From: Polyangiales bacterium
GTDB lineage: Bacteria > Myxococcota_A > Polyangia > Polyangiales > Ga0077539
Direction: 5' to 3'
DNA: 64,000 nucleotides
NCBI GenBank assembly: GCA_044229975.1
Contig: JBGARZ010000004.1
Span: forward strand, 32,001-96,000
The notes under the pieces were generated by a model. It had not been told where the DNA came from and did no database searches. It saw only the letters and a list, made by a program, of their open reading frames with translations. Numbering within the stretch: position 1 is the stretch's first letter; each line of letters starts with the position of its first letter. Position numbers and translations under genes: made by a program. Shown here one piece after another: positions 38,831 through 48,262 of this stretch.

Positions 38831-41800
38831 ATGACCCTGTTGGCGACCGTGTCCGGCGCGGAGCACGAGTGGACCGCGACGGGCCTCTCGCCGTCCCAGT
38901 CTCGAACCTTCGCCGTCCGCGCCCGCGACGCCGCCAACAACGTCAGCTACTCCCTCGTACGCAACTCCTCGACGCAGGCGCCGTCGGCTGCCCCCGCGTG
39001 GGTGGGTTCATCCCCCGCGGTGACCGCGCTCGGCCTCGGCAAGCGTCAGGTGCGCCTCCACTGGAGCGCCGCGACCGACGACTACAACGAGTTCAACTAC
39101 GAGATCACCGCGACGAGTGGGGCCGGCAATGTGTCGCTCGGCGTGCTTCGTGGCGCGGGCGGGATGACGACCATCGACTGGGACTCACCGCGCACCCTCA
39201 CCCCCAACACGGCCTACACCTTCACCGTCCGGGCGGTCGACGACGAGGGCCACTACGCCACGTCCGACCTCAGCATCGCCAGCCAGACCACGCTCGCGAC
39301 CACGGCCACGCCCGTCTGGGGTACCGGCAACGCGGTCGAAGCCGATCGCATGGCGTGGAGCACGGTGTCCGCGCACACCACCAGCCCCGGCCTCGACGCC
39401 GATCACTACGTCTTCGAGCGGCGCGTCGGCTCCTCCGGCGCGTGGCTCCCCTGGACCGAGGCCGCGACCGCCTTCGCCATGGGCGAGGACTTCGACCCCG
39501 GGCGCACCTGGGAGATCCGCGTTCACTTCGTCGACGACGATGACGTCGCGTCGGCCACGTTGGACACCTCCATCGCGCTCCCGGCTCCGAGCATCGGGAC
39601 ACCTCCGGCGCTGGACACCTCGCAGGCCAGCGACCTCGTCGACCTCGTCTCCTTTCTCTACACGGGCACCGACCCGGTGCAGGAGGGCGTCAACACCGAC
39701 GCCGTGGTTCGCGAGCGCGTGGGCATCATCCACGGTCGCGTCATCGAGCGTGGCGAGGGCACGGCCGTGCCCATCGCGGGCGTGCAGGTGTCCGAGGCCG
39801 CGCACGGCGAGCCCATCTTCGGCCGCACCTTCACCCGTAGCGACGGGCGCTTCGAGTACGTCGTCCACGGCGGCGGACCCGTGGTGCTGCGCTTTAGCGG
39901 GCGTGGCCTTCTGCCCGTGCAGCGCACGGTGCGCGTCGAGTGGGGAGTGCCCGCATCGGTGCCCGACGTGGCGATGATCCCCGCGAGCACGAACCCGACC
40001 ACTGTGACCTTCGACGCCTACTGGCACACAGCGGAGGGGGATGCCGTGACCGACAGCGACGGCACACGGCGACCGACGGTGATCTTCCCGCCCAACACCA
40101 CGGCCATGATGGTGATGGAGGACGAGAGCGAGGTGCCTCTCACCACGGGCACGCTGCGGATGACCGAGTACACCGTTGGCGAGCGCGGCCTGGAGGCGAT
40201 GCCGGGGACCATCCCGGCCAACGTGGCGTACACCTGGGCGGGGGAGTTTGCGTTCGACGAGGCGACGGCGGCGGGCGCGCGGAGCGTGCACTTCAGCCAG
40301 CCGGTGGCGATCTACGTCAACAACTTCCTCGGCTTCCCCATCGGCAACGAGGTGCCCAGCGGGTACTACGACGAAAACGAAGGGGCGTGGCTCGGCAACG
40401 AGCTCGGCAACGGGGTGGTGATCCACGTGCTGAGCACCACCGACAGCGGTGGCGGGGCGCACGTCGACGTCGACGGCGACGGCGACCAGGACAGCGCGGA
40501 CGACGCCGTGCTGTTGGCGCAGACGCTGACGCCGGACGAGCGCATCCAACTGCACACGCTCTACCCGAGCGGGGCGGAGCTGTGGCGCTTCCGGGTGCAG
40601 CACTTCTCCAAGTGGGACTCCAACTGGGGGATCATCCCGCCGAACGACGCGCGGCAGCCCGCCATCAAGGCGAAGCTCATCGCGCTGGCCACGGAGCACG
40701 TGAAGACCTGCCGCGGGTCGCAGATCGAGTGCCAGAACCGCAACCTGGGCGACGACATCCCGCTGCCCGGGACGCCGATGGTGCTCCACTACGCGAGCGA
40801 GCGTTCGGCGGGTCGGCTCAACACCATCGACATCCCGCTCGGAGAGCTGCTACCCGGGGAGACCGGGTTGCCTGCTTCGCTCACCGCCGCCAATGTGATC
40901 GTGAACTTCCCCGACGGCCCCGAGCGGCACGGCAACGGAGGCACCCCCGAGGAGCTGCGGTCGGCCCACGCGATCTTCAACTGGGACGGCATGGACCACG
41001 GGCGGCGGGTGCAGGGCAGCATCCCGGTGACGGTGGAGGTGCAGTACGTCTACCGCGGGGAGTACGGGCAGTTCTCGCGCTTCGGGTACAGCGGTGCCGC
41101 GACGGGGACGGCCATTACGGGCGTCGAGCTTCGCCGGGAGATCATCTTCTCGACCTTCTTCACCACCTGGATCGGCGGGATGGATGCCCGCGGAGAGGGC
41201 CTCGGGGGGTGGACCCTCAGCGCGCACCACGCGTACGACCCGCGGACGGGGGACGTCTCGCTGGGGGGCGGCGGCGTGCTCAACGCGGGAGCCTCGGGCA
41301 ACGGGGTGAGGCGTGTCGTCGGCGGTGGCCTGTCGACGGCGGAGGACGTTTCGGCGTCGAGCGTACAGACCGACCCCTACTCCATCGCGATCGGGGGTGA
41401 CGGGCGGATCTGGTACGCCGACGGCAATCGGGTGCGCCGGGTCAACGCCGACGGGCACGTCGTCACGGTGGCGGGCATTCTGGGTGATGGGACGTGTGAC
41501 GGCGACGGCGACGACGCGACGGCGTCCGCCATCGGAACGACCGTCAACCTCGCCCTGCTCAACGACAACATCCTGGTGATCTCGGAGCACAACTGCCACC
41601 GCATCCGCGTCGTCGACGACGAGGGCGGCATCCACACGCTCGTCGGGACGGGGACGGCGGGCTTCGACGGCGACGATCTCCCCGGTGAAAGCAGCCGTCT
41701 CAACGGCCCGTCGGGCATCGCCTTTCTCGACGGCACCTCGCTATTGATCGCCGACACGGGCAACCGGCGCATCCGGCGCTTCGACCTCTCGGACTTCCAC

Positions 41801-44800
41801 CTGCGAACGATCGTTGGCGACGGAGGGACGACCTATCCGACGGGGCCCTTCGCCGCCCTGGAGCGTTCGCTCTACGCGCCGACGGCGATCGATGTGGGGC
41901 CCCAGGGGGAGATCGTCTTCTCCGATGCGCTGCTCTATCGTGTCTTCCGGATGGGGGTCGACGGCGTGGTCACGACCCTCGCCGGGACGGGCGTGGCGGG
42001 CTTCAGCGGTGATGGCGGCCCCGGCGTCGACGCGAAGCTCGATCAGCCCCACGGGGTCAGGGTGCAGCGGGACGGGACCGTGGTGGTGGCCGACCGTATG
42101 AACGGCCGGGTGCGCCAGATCGGGCGCGACGGTCGCATCTCGACGGTCATGGGGCACGGTATTCAGTACACCTTCGACGGCTTCAGCCACCCCGCGACGG
42201 CGCTCGCGCTCTCGCAGTACGTCTTCGGCCTGGCCCTCTCACCGCGGGGTGCGCTGGTCGTCGCGGACGCTGGCTTCGGCCACATCGTCGAGGTGCGCAA
42301 CAGCAACGTCATCGAGGACGCCGACGACGTCTACATCCCCGGGGGCGGAGGGAGCGAGCTCTACCGCTTCCGCAAGAGCACGGGCTGCCACCTGAGCACG
42401 CTCGACGCGGTGAGCCACCAGCCGATCTACTCCTTCGTGTATGCGCTGGGCGGGTGCCGCCCGACGGGCGTGGTGCTGGGCGATCCGAGCGACGGCAACA
42501 CCGTGGCGATTCACCGGGTGTCGGACGAGGACGTGCGCATCCGCAGCCCGTTCTATTCGTCGTCGGGTGAGGAGGTGGCGCTTGCCATCGGTGAGGACGG
42601 CTACCTCGACAGCGTCACCCACGGGAGCGACGTCTGGACGACGGAGCACGACACGCTCGGGATGCTGACGACGCTGACCGACCCGCTGATGCGGGCGCAT
42701 CACTTCACGTACACGACCACCGGCGCGGAGTCGTGGGGCGGCTTCCTCGTCTCCGACACCAGCCCGGCGGGGGTGGTGACGCAGCTCAGTACGGCGGCTC
42801 GGCCCGATGTGAACGTCTTCACGGTGCACCGCATCCTCGGCTCGTCGGAGGCGACGGGGCCGGAGTACACGTACACGGTGCGGTCGCTGCCGGACGGGAC
42901 CCGGCAGTACGTCGACGTGTCGCCCGGCGGCGACGGGAGCCACACGGTGACGAGCACCACGACGGTGCGACCCGATGGGCACCAGGAGACGGTGGTGGCG
43001 AGCGGCTCGACGACGCTGTCGACGAGCACGAGCGAGCGGGAGCCCGACCCTCGGCTGGGGTCGCGGGCGGAGTACACGAGCGCGACGTCGAGCACGACGG
43101 CGAGCCGCACGGTGGCGACGCACCACACGCGGACGGCGACGTTCACGTCGGCGGTGCCGCCGGTGCTGGAGACGCAGACCGACGCGTCGTACGTGAACAG
43201 CGAGACGACGCCGCGGGTGACGACGCAGTACGACGCGGAGCACAGCGACTGCGACGACCACGCGCGGGTGCTGGAGACGACGCGGGGCGGGCGCAGCACG
43301 CGGACGTGCCTGGACGCGCGGGGGAGGGTGGCGAGCGTGCAGGTGCTGGGGGCGTCGCCGACGATGCACCCGGTGGAGTTCCACTACGACTTGCGGGGAA
43401 GGATGGACCAGGTGACCCAGGGGTCGCGGCGCGTGGTCTCGACGTGGCGGAGCGACGGGCGGCCCGATGCGACGAGCGCGGGCACCTGGATCAGCAGTGT
43501 GTTCACGGCGTTGCAGACGTCGGGCACGGGGTACGACTCGGGGACGCGGCGGGTGAGCTCGCTGTCGCTGCCAGGGTCGCGCACGGTGGACATGGCCGTG
43601 AACGCGATGGGGGAGCTGACGTCGCTGACGCCGCCAGGGCGCGACGCGCACACGATGACGTACGATGCGGACGGTCGGATGGAGTCGTTCACCTCGCCAG
43701 CGCCGGACTCGATGAGCGACCCGCTGACGCTGGGGTGGTCGTACAACGCGCGCCGCCAACTGTTGCAGCATACGCGGGCAGATGGCAGCCACGTGGACTT
43801 CGACTACGACGAGACGGCGACGGGGCACCTGGAGACGATGACGTTGCCGGTGGTGGGCGCGGTGAACTACGGCTACCGGGCGCTGACAGGGGCGGGCGAG
43901 TCGGTGAGCGCGGCGGGGTGCCGACTGCGGACGGTGTACGACAGCGAGACGGTGCCGACGGGCGTGGTGCTGGAGAACGCCAGCAGCGGGACGTGCCCGG
44001 TGACCGGGACGGTGTCGCGCACGGTCAACGCGCTCTTCGAGACGACGGCGGTGACGGTGGGCGACGCGCCCGCGGTGAGCTTCACGCTGGACGCGGACGA
44101 CGACCGGCTGCTGACGAGCGCGGGCGGGATGACGCTGGCGCGCGATGGGGCGACGGGGCGACTGACGGGGACGAGCATCGGCGAGGTGGAGACGGCGGCG
44201 ACGTTCACGGCGTACGGGGAGCTGGCGTCGAACGACGCGGAACTCGACGGGACGCTGGAGCTGGGGCTGGGGTACGAGTACGACGGGCTGGGGCGCATCG
44301 AGACAGTGACCGAGAGCGGGCACACGGCGCGGGCGACGACGTACGGGTACGACAGCGCGGGACGGCTGGAGACGGTGACCCGTGGGATGACGACGATCGA
44401 GTCGTACGGGTACAGCGGGAGCGGCGGCTCGAACGGCAACCGCACCAGTTGGAGCAACAGCGCGGGAGACTTCACCGCGACGTACGACGCGCAGGATCGG
44501 CTGACGTCGTCGACGCTGACGGGCGGCGCGACGACGACGTACGGGTACGACGACCATGGGCAGCTCACGACGCGGACGGTGGGCTCGTCGACGACGACGA
44601 CGTACGCATGGGATGCGCGCGGGGCGCTGGCGAGCGTGACGCTGCCGAGCGCGACCGTTATCAGCTATGTGCTGGACCCGCAGGGGCGGCGCATCGGGCG
44701 CAAGGTCGGCGGGACGCTGGAGCGCGGGTGGCTCTATGGGGGTGGGTTGCTCCCGGTGGCGGAGGTGGACAACAACGGCACGACGGTGCGACGCGTGTTC

Positions 44801-45724
44801 ATCTACGCGACGCGGTCGAACGCGCCCGATCTGGTGGTGCAGCGCGAGGGGTCAACGTGGGTGACCTACCGGGTGCTCACCGACCACCTCGGAAGCGTGC
44901 GAGTGGTGGCGAGGGCGAGCGACGGCCTAGTCGTGCAACGGATGGACTACGACGCGTTCGGGCGGGTCGAGAACGACTGGGCAGACGGCACCTGGGTGTC
45001 AGCCGATACGGTGACGACCGGGTGGTCGCGACTGCCGTTCGGGTATGCGGGCGGGCTGTACGACCGAGGCACGGGGCTGGTGAGGTTTGGGGCGCGCGAG
45101 TACGACGCGAGTGTCGGGAGGTGGGTGAGCCGGGATCCCATCCTGTTCGGAGGGGAAGATAGCAACCTGTATGCGTACGTCTCGCAGGATCCCATCAATT
45201 CGATCGATCCGAGTGGGAGGATCTGGCAGATGGCTTTGGGAGGAGCTCTCGGCGCTGGAGTATCCTTTGCCGGACAGATGGTGTTCGGTCACGGAAGCTG
45301 GGACGAACGACTTTCTCAAGTGAGTTGGGGTGATGTCTTCACTTCTGCTATGGCTGGCGCAATGTCTGGGGGCATCAGCATATTGGTGCGAGGGGCCACT
45401 CAGGGCGCGATTCTTGGCGCTAGTACAGCACTGGCCTCACAGCTTTTGTCAGTGTCACGCCTCGAAAATCAAAGCCGCCAGCCAAACAACTTGAGAAATA
45501 ATGTGATGGCGTGTGTGCAAGTTGCTGGGGCTACTGGAATGGGGGCCCTCGGCGGTGCGTATTCGCAGGGTATGCCAATGAACATTCGTGACGTCTCTCA
45601 GTGGACCGATACCTTCGGACCAGCGTTCGCAGGCGTTTTCTTTTCAGATCCTGTGCTTCTAGTTTCCCGGGTCAGAGAAGAAGTGTCGCCCCCGCCCGTA
45701 TCGCGCGAGCCGGTCTCGCGTTGA
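38831..45724 (+). CDS. Teneurin-like Rhs/YD-repeat polymorphic toxin (FN3, NHL propeller, YD shell, Rhs core, variable C-terminal tip)
   Basis: FN3 (LTPNTAYTFTVRAVD), NHL (IADTGNRRIR, AGFSGDGGP), YD repeats, PFGYAGGLYD...RWVSRDP...NLYAYV...IDPSG. Confidence 0.93.
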   Translation: MTLLATVSGAEHEWTATGLSPSQSRTFAVRARDAANNVSYSLVRNSSTQAPSAAPAWVGSSPAVTALGLGKRQVRLHWSAATDDYNEFNYEITATSGAGNVSLGVLRGAGGMTTIDWDSPRTLTPNTAYTFTVRAVDDEGHYATSDLSIASQTTLATTATPVWGTGNAVEADRMAWSTVSAHTTSPGLDADHYVFERRVGSSGAWLPWTEAATAFAMGEDFDPGRTWEIRVHFVDDDDVASATLDTSIALPAPSIGTPPALDTSQASDLVDLVSFLYTGTDPVQEGVNTDAVVRERVGIIHGRVIERGEGTAVPIAGVQVSEAAHGEPIFGRTFTRSDGRFEYVVHGGGPVVLRFSGRGLLPVQRTVRVEWGVPASVPDVAMIPASTNPTTVTFDAYWHTAEGDAVTDSDGTRRPTVIFPPNTTAMMVMEDESEVPLTTGTLRMTEYTVGERGLEAMPGTIPANVAYTWAGEFAFDEATAAGARSVHFSQPVAIYVNNFLGFPIGNEVPSGYYDENEGAWLGNELGNGVVIHVLSTTDSGGGAHVDVDGDGDQDSADDAVLLAQTLTPDERIQLHTLYPSGAELWRFRVQHFSKWDSNWGIIPPNDARQPAIKAKLIALATEHVKTCRGSQIECQNRNLGDDIPLPGTPMVLHYASERSAGRLNTIDIPLGELLPGETGLPASLTAANVIVNFPDGPERHGNGGTPEELRSAHAIFNWDGMDHGRRVQGSIPVTVEVQYVYRGEYGQFSRFGYSGAATGTAITGVELRREIIFSTFFTTWIGGMDARGEGLGGWTLSAHHAYDPRTGDVSLGGGGVLNAGASGNGVRRVVGGGLSTAEDVSASSVQTDPYSIAIGGDGRIWYADGNRVRRVNADGHVVTVAGILGDGTCDGDGDDATASAIGTTVNLALLNDNILVISEHNCHRIRVVDDEGGIHTLVGTGTAGFDGDDLPGESSRLNGPSGIAFLDGTSLLIADTGNRRIRRFDLSDFHLRTIVGDGGTTYPTGPFAALERSLYAPTAIDVGPQGEIVFSDALLYRVFRMGVDGVVTTLAGTGVAGFSGDGGPGVDAKLDQPHGVRVQRDGTVVVADRMNGRVRQIGRDGRISTVMGHGIQYTFDGFSHPATALALSQYVFGLALSPRGALVVADAGFGHIVEVRNSNVIEDADDVYIPGGGGSELYRFRKSTGCHLSTLDAVSHQPIYSFVYALGGCRPTGVVLGDPSDGNTVAIHRVSDEDVRIRSPFYSSSGEEVALAIGEDGYLDSVTHGSDVWTTEHDTLGMLTTLTDPLMRAHHFTYTTTGAESWGGFLVSDTSPAGVVTQLSTAARPDVNVFTVHRILGSSEATGPEYTYTVRSLPDGTRQYVDVSPGGDGSHTVTSTTTVRPDGHQETVVASGSTTLSTSTSEREPDPRLGSRAEYTSATSSTTASRTVATHHTRTATFTSAVPPVLETQTDASYVNSETTPRVTTQYDAEHSDCDDHARVLETTRGGRSTRTCLDARGRVASVQVLGASPTMHPVEFHYDLRGRMDQVTQGSRRVVSTWRSDGRPDATSAGTWISSVFTALQTSGTGYDSGTRRVSSLSLPGSRTVDMAVNAMGELTSLTPPGRDAHTMTYDADGRMESFTSPAPDSMSDPLTLGWSYNARRQLLQHTRADGSHVDFDYDETATGHLETMTLPVVGAVNYGYRALTGAGESVSAAGCRLRTVYDSETVPTGVVLENASSGTCPVTGTVSRTVNALFETTAVTVGDAPAVSFTLDADDDRLLTSAGGMTLARDGATGRLTGTSIGEVETAATFTAYGELASNDAELDGTLELGLGYEYDGLGRIETVTESGHTARATTYGYDSAGRLETVTRGMTTIESYGYSGSGGSNGNRTSWSNSAGDFTATYDAQDRLTSSTLTGGATTTYGYDDHGQLTTRTVGSSTTTTYAWDARGALASVTLPSATVISYVLDPQGRRIGRKVGGTLERGWLYGGGLLPVAEVDNNGTTVRRVFIYATRSNAPDLVVQREGSTWVTYRVLTDHLGSVRVVARASDGLVVQRMDYDAFGRVENDWADGTWVSADTVTTGWSRLPFGYAGGLYDRGTGLVRFGAREYDASVGRWVSRDPILFGGEDSNLYAYVSQDPINSIDPSGRIWQMALGGALGAGVSFAGQMVFGHGSWDERLSQVSWGDVFTSAMAGAMSGGISILVRGATQGAILGASTALASQLLSVSRLENQSRQPNNLRNNVMACVQVAGATGMGALGGAYSQGMPMNIRDVSQWTDTFGPAFAGVFFSDPVLLVSRVREEVSPPPVSREPVSR

Positions 45725-45751
45725 CGAGCGACGAAAGAGGCAATTCAAGGC

Positions 45752-46240
45752 ATGTACCGCACCCATAATGTCAGAACAAGTCTTCCCCGGCGTCGATGGA
45801 GATTCGTGCCGCTAACGGGGTTTTATCTGCTGCTGTCTGTTGTCGTTAGCTGTTGTGCAATCCGGGCTCTTTGCGTGGAATCGCTGGGCGACAAGTTGGG
45901 CTGGTCCTGTCTTGTATTTGCCATTTTCTCCATAGTTACATTTTTCTCGTCATCTTGGTCTCTGTTTGTGTGGTGGCGTACCGCCTTCTTCGACGAACAT
46001 ATTCGGACGGTTCGTGGCGCTCTGAAGTATAGTGACATTCGACGTGTTGAACACTATGGGGGAGACCTCCGCGTGCTGAGCGATGCTCGTCCCGTCTTGA
46101 TTGTGAGGCGCGACTATCATCTGGCCGAGGTTTTGGACCAGATCTTGCGGCGCAATTCAGCGGTCGAATTGGATGATCTTTCCGTTCAGTGCCTTAAGAC
46201 ATACAAAGAGCGGGGTTTGGCGACGCGACACGGCGGGTAG
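45752..46240 (+). CDS. Putative immunity protein (2 TM helices, AT-rich)
   Basis: Directly after the toxin tip, GAGG RBS, same low-GC composition as the tip. Confidence 0.7.
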   Translation: MYRTHNVRTSLPRRRWRFVPLTGFYLLLSVVVSCCAIRALCVESLGDKLGWSCLVFAIFSIVTFFSSSWSLFVWWRTAFFDEHIRTVRGALKYSDIRRVEHYGGDLRVLSDARPVLIVRRDYHLAEVLDQILRRNSAVELDDLSVQCLKTYKERGLATRHGG

Positions 46241-46247
46241 TTGCGCC

Positions 46248-47030
46248 GTACGACGCGGAGCACCGCGACTGCGACGACCACGCGCGGGTGGAAGAGACGA
46301 CACGCGGTGGGCGCGTCGTGCTGACTTGCATGGACGCGCGCGGCCGGGTGGCGAGCGTGCGGGTGCTGGGGGCGTCGCCGACGATGGAGCCGGTGGAGTT
46401 CCACTACGACTCGCGGGGGCGGATGGACCAGGTGACCCAGGGGCAGCGGCGCGTGGTGTCGACGTGGCGGAGCGATGGGCGGCCGGACGCGACGAGCACG
46501 GGGACGGTGAGCGGCGGGACGTTCACGGCGATGCAGACGTCGGGGGCGGGCTACGACTCGGGGACGCGGCGTATCAACGCGCAGACGCTGCCGGGCTCGC
46601 GCACGGTGGGCGTGGCTGCGAACCCGGTGGGCGAGCTGACGTCGCTGACGCCGCCGGGGCGCGACGCGCACACGATGACGTACGATGCGGACGGCCGGAT
46701 GGAGTCGTTCACCTCGCCAGCGCCGGACTTGATGAGCGACCCGTTGACGCTGGAGTGGTCGTACAATCCGCGTCGGCAGCTTCTCCAGCACACGCGGGCG
46801 GACGGCAGCCATGTGGACTTCGACTACGACGAGACGGCGACGGGGCACCTGGAGACGATGACGTTGCCGGTGGTGGGCGCGGTGAGCTACGGCTACCGCG
46901 CGCTGACGGGCGCGGGCGAGTCGGTGAGCGCGGCGGGGTGCCGACTGCGGACGGTGTACGACAGCGCGGGACGGCTGGCGACGTCGACGCTGACGGGTGG
47001 GGCGACGACGACGTACGACTCCGACGAGCA
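46248..47030 (+). pseudogene. Orphan, internally deleted duplicate of the Rhs YD region
   Basis: Colinear with 43228-43946 at offset 3020, then jumps to homologues of 44347-44368 and 44498-44545. Confidence 0.9.
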
Positions 47031-47159
47031 GGATCGCCGGGGTGTTGCACTGTCGGCTGTCGGCCCGTGGCCCTCCGCCGATCGGGTTGCTCGCATCTGA
47101 CGTTCCCAACGCGCGCATCAGGTTGATGCGTCGGCGTGCCCTGCTCTAAGCTTGCCGTG

Positions 47160-47495
47160 ATGAGTCTCGGCGACGACGACGACGCGATGCTGCGAGCTCT
47201 CGTGCGCGGCCTCGTCGCGCGCTTCGACCCAGACGAGTTGTGGCTGTTCGGGAGCCGGGCCGAAGGGCGCGAGCGACCGGGAAGCGACTGGGACGTGCTG
47301 GCGGTGCTCCCAGACACGACACCCGCGGACGTCCTCGACCCCGTGAACGCATCCCTGCGTGCGAGCGATCTAGGCGTGGCTCTCGACGTCGTCCCGTGCA
47401 CCGCGGCGGAGTTCGCCGAGGAGCGCAACGAACCGGGTTCCCTCGTGTGGCGGGTGTCCACCAGGGGCCGACGGATCTATGAGCGTCGCGCGTAG
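47160..47495 (+). CDS. Minimal nucleotidyltransferase (MNT)
   Basis: LFGSRAEG...SDWDVL...LDVV. Confidence 0.9.
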   Translation: MSLGDDDDAMLRALVRGLVARFDPDELWLFGSRAEGRERPGSDWDVLAVLPDTTPADVLDPVNASLRASDLGVALDVVPCTAAEFAEERNEPGSLVWRVSTRGRRIYERRA

Positions 47496-47874
47496 AGCCC
47501 TGGCGTTGTTGCTGGTGGCGCGGGAAGACATCGCCGCGGCAAGACTGCTGGCGGCTGCTAGTAACCGCAACGCGATCTACCTGTGCCAGCAGGCGGCAGA
47601 GAAGCTGATCCGTGCTCGACTCGCCCAGCGCGGTATCGATGCGACGCGGGAGCATCACCTCCGCGTGCTGGTCGATCTGCTCCCCAACGACGATCCCTGG
47701 CGAGCACGGCTCTCACCCTTCGATCGTCTCTCACCCTTCGCTACGACCTATCGGTACCCGACTCCGGGTGGCCGTGTCCCCGAGTCACCAACCGCGGATG
47801 TCGTGTTGGCCGAAGCCGCTGCGATCGAAGCGCTGATCGCCAGCCTGGAGCGAGAGTTCGACGCAGCGGGTTGA
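47479..47874 (+). CDS. HEPN domain protein paired with the MNT
   Basis: CQQAAEKLIR...HHLRVL...YRYP; overlaps the MNT gene. Confidence 0.9.
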   Translation: MSVARRALALLLVAREDIAAARLLAAASNRNAIYLCQQAAEKLIRARLAQRGIDATREHHLRVLVDLLPNDDPWRARLSPFDRLSPFATTYRYPTPGGRVPESPTADVVLAEAAAIEALIASLEREFDAAG

Positions 47875-48250
47875 ACGCCATCCGTGCCAACGCCATCGTC
47901 GCGTGCGGTCGTCTCGCGCTCCAACCCCGGCACCGTCGACGTGGTGACCAACGCCGTCGTGCTCGTCGAGGTGCTCTCCGAGGAGACCGAGCGCTTCGAC
48001 CGCGGCGAGAAGTTCGAGGGTTACCGCACCATCGAGTCGTGCAAGCACTTCGTCACGGTGTCGTCGCAGCGTCGGCTCGTGAAGCTGTACACCCGCGGAG
48101 ACGCTGGCGCGTAGATTCTCCGCGAGTACGGCGAAGCCACGGGGCTGCAGTTGAGCAACCCCGACATCGCCCTCTCCGTCGACTCGCTCTGCCGCCTCGC
48201 CCTCGAAGCAGACGACGCCTCGTCAGGGTCTTCGCCGACGATCGGCAGTA
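47875..48250 (+). pseudogene. Uma2-family PD-(D/E)XK endonuclease remnant
   Basis: NAVVLVEVLSEETERFDRGEKFEGYR; 5' end missing or frameshifted; in-frame TAG at 48112-48114 with similarity continuing past it (ILREYG...LSVDSL). Confidence 0.8.
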
Positions 48251-48262
48251 CACTCCGCGCCC

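Noticed and set aside
43228..47030. DGR template/variable repeat pair
   Set aside because: Differences between the copies are not adenine-specific and no reverse transcriptase is present.
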